A stretch of DNA of 64,000 nucleotides, taken from positions 89,778,001 to 89,842,000 of the forward strand of contig CM052817.1 in assembly GCA_028534125.1 (NCBI GenBank). The letters are read 5' to 3'. Under the pieces are notes generated by a model. The model had not been told where the DNA came from and searched no databases. It worked only from the letters and a program-made list of their open reading frames with translations. The translations under genes were made by a program, and so were the position numbers. The DNA comes from Lama glama (lineage: Eukaryota). Below are positions 53,230 through 64,000 of this stretch, in pieces. Each line of letters starts with the position of its first letter. Within the stretch, counting starts at the first letter, position 1.

Positions 53230-53420
53230 GTCAATTTTTAGCATTTAGTAATGTGTTTTTAAAGTTTTTCAATTTCTGAGGTGAATATGATCTTGTGATG
53301 ATTTATATTGTCATTTCTTTAATTCCTAGTGAGCTTGAAAATTTTCTCAAGTACATATTGGTCATTTGTGTTTAATCTTATGATTTTTCTGTTACATAAT
53401 TTTTCTTTTTAGACTTTCAT
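53230..53420 (-). mobile_element. Old L1M ORF2 C-terminal fragment abutting the piggyBac fossil
   Basis: Minus strand 'caaatgaccaatatgtacttgagaaaattttcaagctcactaggaattaaagaaatg' resembles the L1 QMANKHMKRCSTSLVIREM region. Confidence 0.6.
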
Positions 53421-54699
53421 GTTTATTTAAAGTGGCAAATAATTATTAACAGCATCCACTGTTTTTGGAAATTTGTCATTTAGCAAAATGTCTTGAAAGA
53501 TCACTCAGGCAACATAAAACTTGTAAGAAAACAATGAATGATAGTTAATCTCCTCTGCATAAGAAATAGTTAATTAGGAAGGTAGAACAAAAAAAAAAAA
53601 AGGAGGAGGTGGATTGAAAAGAGAAGGAAGAAAAACAGGATTAGTTTTTCGCTAAACATTCCAATGTGTCTTCTCTATGTGCTTGAATATTTTTCAAAAC
53701 TATAATTCTGATATTATATGGATATAATTTAATGTTTTAGTAAAAACTATTTACTTCTCCAATTTTATTATATATGTGTATATATATGCAGATTAGACAT
53801 ATTTGCATGTAATAAAAATTAAATTACTATTTCAATCTGTATTGGATAATTAACAACAAATATTTTTACCATTTATTGGCATTAGATTAATTCTTTTTTG
53901 AATTAGCTTTTCATATTGTTTTGGTTACCATTTTAAGTTGGGCTATTAGTATTTCAGCAATATTTTTAATATTACTGAAATAAGAAAATATGTACTATGC
54001 TCTAAACAAATAACTAACAGATGTACTTGTATTCAATCTGTTGACAGTGTGAGGATTACCTGGTTTGTTCTTTCTTTATCTGTTTGTTTATATTCCAGAG
54101 ATTTTTATAGACATGATTAAGGCAGTTTACAAAAATGTTAGCATTAAAATTAGAGATCTAAAAGCAAGTTAGGACTGAGTCTAAAATGTGTAACATATAA
54201 CATAACAAATGCCTCCATATTTACTCAGGTTGGACCTAAACTCTGGCAGCACAATTGGAAAAAAAATTCTGATCAAGTGGAAAACTTGTAAACTGTGTAA
54301 AGCAAAAACAATTCCTGAGGATGAAAACAAATATTGAAAAACATAGTTTTTAAAACATGTGCTCCATTTTTTTTCTAGAGGACTATACATTAAGCTTTTT
54401 TTAATGCTACTGTTTATCTACTACTATAGAATATAAGCTCCATGAGGATAGGGAATGTTAGTATTTAATAATGTATCCCAAGATTCTAAAAGAATGCTTC
54501 ACACAAAATCACTACACAATATATATTTTTGAATGTAAGTGTTACTGCAAACAAAAAAATAGAACAATAAACAAAGACACATGCACCAGCCAGCCACAAT
54601 GGAGCTAAAGTGCCTGGTATACACATACACTATTGAATCCTCCTCTTTCCCCTGCAGAAGAAAAGACTGTCTTGAATATTTTATTCTTATGCAGTTATT

Positions 54700-56300
54700 T
54701 ACAGGTTTAGTACACATTATTTTATTCCTAAGCAATAGGTATTATATATTATTTCCCATATCTAAAAACTATATGATATTTGCTTTTTGTGTTTAACATT
54801 TATTTTTTAAGTTCATCCTTACTGATAATTCATTTACTGTCACTGCTCTACAATGATCCATTATAAGAATATGTAACTGCTATGGGCTCAACTGTGCCCC
54901 CTAAATGCATATGTTGAAACCTTAACTCCTAATGTGACTATATTTGGAGACAGGCCTTTCAAAGAGGTAATTAAGGTTACATGAGGTCATAAGAGTGGGG
55001 CACTAGTCCAATAGGAGTGATGTCCTTACAAAAAGGGAGACACCAAGAATGCACACACACAACGAAAAAGACATGTGAGGACACAGGAAGAATATGGCCT
55101 TCTGTAGGCCAAAGAGAGAGGCCTCAGGAGAAACCAACTACCTACCAAATCCTTAATCTTGGACTTTCAGCCTCCAGAATTGTGGGAAATTTCTGTTAAG
55201 ACACCCAGTCACTACTATTTTTTTACGGCAGCATTAGGTGACAGTTACAGTCACTTTTTCTACTTTCACGTTATCATACACTGGTATTAGGTTGTTTCTA
55301 AGTTTCATCACTAAAAACAATAGTATAATTGCCTTTCTTTTACATGTTACCTTGTGTAGATATGCAAAAATTACTCTGGGCTGGACGTCAAAAGTGAAAT
55401 TGTACCTTAGAATCTGCTCATCTTCAATTTTATCCCATATTACCACGTTTTCTAACGTGATTGTGTCAGTCTACACTCTCATCATGAACATATGATTTCC
55501 CTGTTGCACCACATCTAAAACATTTGTTATTGTCAGACTTTACTGTTTCCCCAATCTGATGAATGGGGAATAGTATTGTGCTTTTACTTTGCATTTTCCT
55601 AATTACTAGTAAGATTGAATAATTTTTCATAGGTTAGTGTCCATTTATGATCCCCCTTATGTGAATATCTTTTTTTATCTTTTGTTCATTTTCCCACTGT
55701 GTTGTCTTCCCTTACTGATAGTTCGAAGTTTTCTATAATCTGAGTACTAGCCAATGGTCAGTAATACAACACAGAAGTTTTCCTTCTTTCTGTGACTTGT
55801 CTCTTACATTTTATGAGGTCCTTCACAGAATAGATATTTAAATTTTGTCAGTTACATTTATCAATAATTACCTTTTTTTAAAATACTTTTAATGCTTTAA
55901 GAAATCTTTTATTATACCCAGTAATAAAAAGAATCAATTTATTGATAAAGTTTGTTAAATTATGTTTTTAATTTAAGACTTTCATCTATCCAGAGATTGT
56001 TTCAATACTGTATAAAGTGGGGACCCAGTTTTATTTTTTAACTTTCTAATCTAGTACACAGCAACATTTATAGTTCATATTTTCCCACAATTGTACATTT
56101 AACATTTTTTTAAATTATAATTCTTTTGTTGCCTTTATTTAACTACAGTTTATTTTGTGTATTTATTTTGCATCAAGATTCACTTATTCAGTATTAATTT
56201 ATTAATTTTCATAATTTGTCTATAGGGTCTCTTAGGTTTTTCTTATTTACAATGATAATAGTTCACAAATAATTATTTTTATTTATTATGAAACTTGCAT
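54700..56300 (-). mobile_element. Old L1ME-type fragment, interrupted by an MLT1 LTR
   Basis: Antisense L1 3'/ORF2 signatures such as 'ccaatctgatgaatgggg...ttgcattttcctaattactagtaagattgaa'. Confidence 0.65.
54877..55249 (+). mobile_element. MLT1A/B-like MaLR solo LTR
   Basis: 'tgctatgggctcaactgtgccccctaaatgcatatgttgaa...gaggtaattaaggtta...cttggactttcagcctccagaattgtg'. Confidence 0.9.
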
Positions 56301-58289
56301 TACGATATTATGTGAGATAATACTATGAACTCCAAAATGACCAAAGTGATTAAAATACAACAAAAAGATAGAAGTCTGTTCTTGAAGAGTACATTCACAG
56401 TATTTTTGTCTTGTTAATTATGCAAATATTTTCTTTCACTTTATTAACCTCCCCAGAATCACTTCTCCTACAGATAGCCTTGATTTACCTTTGGGGGTCC
56501 ATTTGTTTCTAGAAAGTTGACTCCATTTCCAGGAATAAATAAGGGAAGAACCAATCAGTGTATTTCAATCTCCCAGAAAGCAGTAATTGTTTCATAAATT
56601 GCATAGATTATATCTAAGAATTCATTTCCATTCACTGATTTAGCTGGTGTTTATTGAATCTTTACTAGTAAATGAAAATATAAAGATTTTTAAGTCAAGA
56701 TACACAACTGGATGTTAATCTCTACAGTAAGAGAAGTAAACCAATAACAATAGCAGAAGATGCCAAGAGAAATAGAAGCCAAGCAAGTGAGGCTGCAAAT
56801 GTTTCCTGAGAATATTAAGAAATGTTTCAAATAAGGGGTGACATAAGAATAAAAATTAATACAAATTTTAGATATTAGAAACATTGAGAGGAAGAAAGGC
56901 ATCTGCTTTAAAAAAAAAAAAGAGTAACTCAGTAAGAGAAAACTTTTTCAAAATCAATGGTAGAGTAAAGGAAGTTTCAACCTTATTGATTTCCTAGAGA
57001 AAAAAAAATATATACAGCATACTAAAAGAGATGTTCTGGCAATGGAAAGAGAAAGGTATCAACACGTGTAGAATTTAAAAATGTGATTTCCATTCATATG
57101 GCTTTTAGCAAACTTATTCTACTGTACATCTATTTCAGATAATTCAAAGGGAAAAAATCTGTAATATTGGTTTCTAGCTGTCTTTTTACAGTATTGTCAA
57201 ATTAGCTTAATGAGCTACAGCTGCATTAGTTAGCAATTATTTCCAGGCCCTTTAAAATGACTTCATAACATTTTTTTTCTCTGAAAAACAAAGAATTCAA
57301 TAAAAATTAGAGTGGATAAAGTAAGAAATCTGGACCCTGTAGAGGGGTCTAAGTTCAGGAATGACTTGCAGCTATGAATATCACCTATGAACTGTTTACA
57401 AGCCAGATGTAATGCTTGGCTCCCTTGGAATGAGTGTGGACAGTGATTTTTTCCCCCAGTCTTTCCTTGGAATATACATTTTGTTGATAGTTTTTTCTAT
57501 TCCTTTACTATTTTTCCCCTACCTTACTGAGGTGTGATTGGCAAATAAAAATTTTACTTGTGCAGCATACTGTTTTTTATGATACTCACAAAAAAGTGAT
57601 CAATAAAACAAACAACCATGAGCTTAAGGATCAGCTTTAACAAATCTTAATTTCTTCTTATTCACTTGACTTCTTTTTGACTGAAAATCAGTTAATATTT
57701 ATTGAACTCCTATCTCCTTTCTTCCCTCCAAAAGTAACAAAATGTTGACAATTTCTATTGGGGCTCAAAGGACAATAGCAAATCCAAATAAACTAAATCA
57801 AGTCTTTGTCATTAAAGTTAATTTATGCTGGGCGTCAGAAGGGTCTCAGAAAGTCATCCTACATTTAGCTAAACCTTGATTTTGTACTCTAACTCTTCAA
57901 TATCTCAACCCAAAGATGGTATATTTATATGGGATATTTTCTTCCTCATAGAAATTCCTGAACTCCAATTTTTGTTTAAATAGTCCACAAAACTGTCAAA
58001 GCAGTTCTGAGTCCTAGCCTCTCAGTCACCTCTCCCAGAACTGATAAATACTTCTAAAGCTAAGGCAGTCCTCAATGCCAGATTCCCATTGATCGAATTT
58101 CCTCTTCTTCAATGCTTGAACTAATAATTTTTCAGTCCTGTTGACCTGACAATTCTCTCAAGTAGTTGCTTATCTAGGCTTTGTTCAGTTTTCCCAGTTG
58201 TTTTTAGCAGGGCTGTTGATCAAATTTACTAGTGTCCCAATTCTGGAAGCTAAAATTTCATCAATATTTTAATAGAAATATGGTGAATA

Positions 58290-59190
58290 AAATTAATACT
58301 CCTTGTGTTCTACTTCTTTGATCTCACTCCTCTTGTTTCTTTCCTTTGTCAAGACAGAATTGCTATCCTGAATTGTAGTTTTTCATTCTTCACATTTCAT
58401 AATTTTGCTCAATACATATGAGATTATACTTAATACACAGTATTGTTTTGTATATTTTAAAATATGCCACAATACTGAAAGTTCCATTCTAATTTTCTTC
58501 AAAATATTATATTTGTGAAATAGTCACTTCAAATATTTTAACTGCTAAATAGTATTATTTGTAAAACATACTGCAAGTAAATTAACCCTCTCCTTTTGAT
58601 GGACACTGAAGTCTTCACACACTTTGCTCTTAGACCCAGTGTTCTCATAAATGTTCTTACACATGTAAAAACTTATTTCAAGGAATTAACTATGAGTAGA
58701 AATGATGAGTTTTAGAATACACACATCTTCAACTTTACTCGATTTTGTTCACTTTCCAAAATGATTTATTTTTTATTTATTCTCAATAGCACAATACCTA
58801 AATTATCTTTGCTTTACATCCTTGAAAACAATTGGTATTCTCAGAATATTAGTATCTGACAATTAAATAGCTGATATTTATTTTAAATTTGCACTTATAT
58901 ATACTGGTCATTTTTCTTTCATAAATGTATTGACTTCTGTAATTTCTTATTCTTCATATTCCCTGTTACTATGTTTTGCCAGTTCTACTAGCTTGTTTTT
59001 TTTTTTAATTTTCTTACTGGTTTATAAAATCTATATACACTTGACATTTAAATCTTTTTGTTTTATATTTGTATAAAACATATTGTCTTTAAGCAGTCAT
59101 TTAAATTTGTATTTGATGGTATTTTATTTTAATATAGTCATCTTTATCTATGCTTTCATTTATGATGTGCATTTGTTAAATAAATTTCTC
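58290..59190 (-). mobile_element. Old L1ME-type 3' fragment
   Basis: Degenerate antisense L1 3' UTR features such as 'ttttgatggacactgaag...atgagtagaaatgatgagtt...catcttcaactttact'. Confidence 0.6.
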
Positions 59191-59315
59191 AAAAGATATA
59201 TAAAAAATAGGTTAAGTTACACAGCAGTAAAAAGATGATCCCTGATGATTTAACACTACAGTGGATATTTCATACTCATGTAAAGTGCGCTGTGAGATAC
59301 AAAGATACTTTGGGT

Positions 59316-59482
59316 TCCCTGTGCCATACAGGAACTATATTTGATAACTTATAGTAGCTTACAGTGAAAAAGAATATGAAAACAAACTTATGTACATTCT
59401 TATATGGCTGAAGCATTGTGCTGTACACCAGACACTGATACAACATTGTAAACTGACTATACTTCAATTTAAAAAAAAAAAA
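59316..59482 (+). mobile_element. Short young L1 3' end with poly(A) and TSD
   Basis: L1 terminus plus A12 tail. 15-bp TSD aaagatact(t/g)tgggt at 59301-59315 and 59480-59494. Confidence 0.92.
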
Positions 59483-59714
59483 GATACTGTGGGTAGTTCT
59501 CTACGTAACGACTGTGATGCAGGTTGCTTATGCCAGCTAAAACGACATTCTTCTTCTGTAGCTGCTTAGTTGTGTTCACACCTCATGATCTTTTAACCAA
59601 AATACTTCATTATAAATGAAAAATACTATAAATTGTCCCCTAAATTTCTCAAATAATAACAAAAATAGCTCTTTGCTATATACAAAATATTTTCAACTAA
59701 ATCATCTATTTTAA

Positions 59715-59860
59715 CCCTTTTAAAATTCTCAGAAACTAATGCTATTTCTCCACTGTATAGCTGGAGAAACTGAAGCTAAAATCATTTAAGCAGCTTGAAA
59801 CATTATTCAGTTGTTGATTAGCAGAGTGATGATTCAAATCATGTCTTCTGACTAGTCTTA
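59715..59860. mobile_element. MIR SINE relic (similar relics at ~6040-6230, 35800-35990, 40450-40660, 42050-42260, 63610-63770)
   Basis: Core-like 'ggagaaactgaagct...tttaagcagcttg...gattcaaatcatgtcttctgact'. Confidence 0.65.
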
Positions 59861-62800
59861 GTACATCATAGATCAAATAAATAGCCTAACCCTTATATCT
59901 TTATACAAAAGAGTGACTTGGATTGGGGGGATGCAGTGACTTAAAAAATAAAATTCCTCATTTTTATAATTGAGCAGTATATAAGATTATGTCAAATATA
60001 TTTTCTGTGTTTGATGGCAGGTATATAGTCTACCCAAGATATTATTTAAAACAACAAAGCAAATTTCAATTGTGCTGATTTAACTGAGGCCAGAACCACA
60101 CATTGCATGTGTAACTCTGATATTTAGCATACAGAAAAACTTTAATATCCATCTATCCCAACTAGTCTGTCCTTGCTGTGCTGAATCAAAGTCAAAGCAA
60201 TCACTGAGAAGAATTCTGCCTCTTCAAAGTGTATTTATTAGCAGATACAAGCAGACCATGAACTGAAAAACAGTTGGAAAAAAATCAGAGTGGTTAATCC
60301 TACATAGTAATTTTATTTATCTGTTTCCTTGATTTCAAATGTTCCTTCTAACATGAAATAGAAACATGAAAAGAATTTGAATATTATCATGTATCTTGTT
60401 TCCATTCTACAAAAAGGTACTGATGATTTTCCTTTTGATGAGGAGCTATGAAGTTGCACTTTAAACACTTAGAAAAAGAATTAGTTTCATTATACTTCAT
60501 TAAATTTATATCTGGGGCAGTACTAAACATATCACCTACTTCAAAAATGTTTTTCAATGCCCTTTCAGTGGTTTTACCTACTTATACAACCCACTTAAGG
60601 CTTAGCCCCTTTTGTTCATTATTTTAAAACAAATATATATGTGCATTGTTAACTAATAACATGGCAATGTACATCATGCTTATTCTAAAGTTTGACCTGT
60701 TAATCGAGTGTCCACAGTACTTGTCAGAGAAGCATTGCTCATTTGAATAGAAACTGTTTAAATACCTCCTAATGCAAAGTGTTAGACTGGCAGAACAAAG
60801 AGGAGAAAGAATAATTCTTATTTCTAAATGTTTTCTGAAATCTATCCTTAAATAGAAAGTAGGTGGTTATGGAGCAGTTGAAAAAGCAATGATACCTGAA
60901 TTCTGCCAGTGACATTGAAGTCTACTAGCTCTGCTTTAACCATTGCTCGACCTTGGTGATTTTCTTCATTACTTTGACACCTAGTTTTCTGGTAAGAACA
61001 CAATGTATTTTATGTTCTATATTTCTCCTTTATGCTCCATAATTGAGTAACTTTTAGTTAGAAAGGGTTTTGAAAAGTGGTTTCAAAGTATTAGTCTGAG
61101 GTTTGCTGAGAAAAACTTTCTGAGAAAAAATTCAGCCATTCCCTAAAATCCTTCAAAATCTCTAAAGAGCAGGTGAGATTTCCTATGAGGTAGAAAACTT
61201 ACGGGAATTGATCGCAAATTATAGATTCCAATATATTTATACAGAAATATTTGTTTTGCATCTGGTGATATTTATTACCAATTCAGTTTTCTCCTGAAAA
61301 TTATACTCTAATTTCCCAGATCACAGTGGTGAGATGATATAAGGATTAATTGAACAGCTTAAGAGTGCTGAACTTCATCCTAATGAGAATGAGAATCCAT
61401 TAAAAGGTTAAAAAGTGAGTAACATGATTAGATTTGAGTTTTAAGAATATCATTTGGGAATACCTATATATAGATTGGTTCAGAAGAGCACCATATAGAT
61501 GTGAGAAGCACCGTTAAGAGGTCGTCCAAGAAAGAAAAGGTGACCACCTGGAGGGTAGTGGTTGTCACAGAATTGGAAAGGACTGAAGAGAAAGCATTTC
61601 AGCTATGTCCCCTCTCCTCATCCTGTGCTCTCCGGTTGCATAGAAGTCAGTGATTGACACATTTGGTTAAATCAGAGACCATCTTCTCAAGCTACATCCT
61701 TCAGCATCACAGAAGGACTGGCTAAGAAATGATTCTCCCTCTTCCTCTGTCACCAGTTTTAATGAGCTGTTGGTAACAGTATGAAGATTAAATCAGAAAC
61801 TTATTTCTCTTCCATTAGAACTTCAAACTATCAGATAGAACCTAGTGATCATAGCTCACAAACAGAAGAGATGAAGAGCCTTAAAGTCTCAAAAAATACT
61901 CCATATACTAAGAGTAATATATATTCAATTTTCTTAATTTCTGAGTCTTCTGTGTGTGTATGAGTGTGTGTGTGTGTGCCTACATGGTCTAAAAAATAAA
62001 TAGCACATACCTCATAAAATTACTGTATTTAATTTTTTTTAATGTAAAACATTCAGTACCTGGCACAGATATATTCAATAAATACCTATTCCCTTCTTTC
62101 CACCCCAACCTTTTCTTAGCTAAGAGCCAGAAGGTGAGGGTTGTAGGGATACTAGGTAAACATATATATTGGTAATCCCTAAACTAAGACAAGAGGCCCT
62201 AAAGAACTATAATCGTCAATTTACCTTAGAAGTGCCCAAGTATAGTTTATCATACTAAACATGTCTAGATTATTTGTTTTAACTATATATAAAGTTGATA
62301 TTCTTTCTTCTAAGAAGTAGATTCACTATAGTGACCTTTTTATATATTGAAATGTTGGAGTAAAAAAATTTAACTTCTCTTCTCTGGGAGTTTTAAAACA
62401 AAATCCTAATGAAAGGGAATGAAATAGAAAGTTAAAAACCTAATCACCCTCCATATACTACCAAAAATCTGACTCTCAGACACATCATCCAAAGTTTCAT
62501 TAATGTGGCTTTCATTTTTATTATCCTCCATACTCAGGGAGTTCCCAAAAAGTCCAAGAATAGATACAATTTGATCACAGATCATAGAGTAACTTCAGCA
62601 AAAATGTTTTTTTAAAAATCAAAGACACAATGCAACTAGGCAACATAAAGAAAAGTAAACAATAAGGCTGTCATTTTTAATAAGATGGCAAAGACGTTGA
62701 TACTCAGTGAATCAAGTATACCATCAATAGTCCATTTTCTCTTCTCTTTCCTATCTATCCCTCTGTTTCAACTCAAAGGTAATCAGATAACTTCCTTGGG

Positions 62801-63206
62801 GAACGTGGGTCATGGAAGAGGGTTTCCTTCCTACTTATACCAGATAAAATGACCTCCATCACTGGTACCATGACTAAATTTTTTATTGCTATAAAACAAG
62901 AGACAAGACATTAGAAATTGGTAAGAAATTCTTCATATACCACTTTACTCTTGAGATTCATTGACACATCTTTCTGTGAATTTCTTGTGCCTATTTTCAA
63001 ATCTTTTACTTTTCCTAACAAAATAATTAAAGTGATTTAGCAAAAGAACAACCTGAACTCCATTTCTCTTCTAACAATGGATTGGACAGGCTCTGGTTCT
63101 GTACAATGCTGAAGAGATATTCAGGGGGCAGTTGATACTGAGTGACATTCACTTAGCATATAAAATATGCCAGTGAAATTGGACTTCTGCTCCTTTATTT
63201 ACACTC

Positions 63207-63275
63207 TCCTTTCCCTTCCTCCCTCTCCCTCTCTCTCTCTGTCTCTCTCTGTCTCTCCCCACCTCCACCCCTTTG
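63207..63275. repeat. Pyrimidine-rich (CT)n low-complexity tract
   Basis: Direct inspection. Confidence 0.9.
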
Positions 63276-64000
63276 AGGCAGTATCTTAAAAGGTGTTGGG
63301 AGCAGGATGTTTACATACAATAATGTCTTTGTTACAATACAACATATCACTCCTATAAATTCCCTCAGGATGCTGGGAATCAACTAAAACCCTGGTCTAG
63401 AACAATTATTCTTAAAGAAAAGTCTCTTTGATCTGAACTGTGAAGAGGGGGAAGGGGAATTTCTAAGCTAGACCCATCCTTCCAACTGCATCTCTTAATT
63501 ACCACTTTGCTCAGATTTCTTAAGGGGTACAATTACCTCATTGCTATGCACTCCCCATCTCAATGTATGAATAATCTTACATTGTAGTGGGAAAAAAGTC
63601 AGATGTATCACTAGGCATAGAAGAGCTAGAAAACTAAATAAAACGCAATTTTCATCTAATAAAAGCTTACAATGACCTTGAACAACTCATTAAAACTCAC
63701 TGTTAATTGTCTCCATCTGAAAATGAGGGAGTTTAACTCTGACCTCTAATATCCCTTCAAAATATTGATAACACTTAAATTATATCATTAAATTTCAGTA
63801 TCTTATATTGGCAATTTTCTGAAATGATTTTCTTTGCTTTGGTTGAAAATTCATACTAAGCCAGAATTTTTTTCACATATCCTAGTATTTAACAAGGGTC
63901 AGTCTCCAGTAGGGACAAAAAAGCATGGCATATAGAACTAGAATTTAATGTTCAAATCAGTCAGATGTTTAACTCAGTGTGCAATCTTTTCTCATTTCCC

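Noticed and set aside
1..64000. CRISPR arrays, prokaryotic operons, rRNA/tRNA genes, NUMTs
   Set aside because: I saw no regularly spaced repeats, long ORFs or recognisable structural RNA or mitochondrial sequence. The content is mammalian non-coding DNA.

Overview
AT-rich, repeat-dense placental-mammal DNA, probably a camelid. The host call is an inference from the style of the young L1 3' ends and the absence of Alu, Bov-tA/BovB, PRE-1 or CAN SINEs. I found no intact protein-coding gene or RNA gene, and the listed ORFs are chance ORFs or transposon fragments. Main contents: (1) the 3' half of a degenerate class I ERV (1-5230) with an internally deleted env, PPT and 3' LTR, plus an antisense solo LTR inside it; (2) two large L1 copies (12.6-15.7 kb deleted, 16.5-22.5 kb near full length) and many L1 3' ends; (3) MaLR/ERVL LTRs and internal fragments, MER5, L2 and MIR relics. 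The most notable item is not visible in the ORF track: a frameshifted ~1.3 kb fossil of a piggyBac-type DNA transposase on the minus strand (53219-51924). I recognised it by hand translation from about 12 colinear motifs, including the C-terminal Cys/His-rich domain. All family names come from remembered consensus features, not database searches, and most boundaries are approximate.
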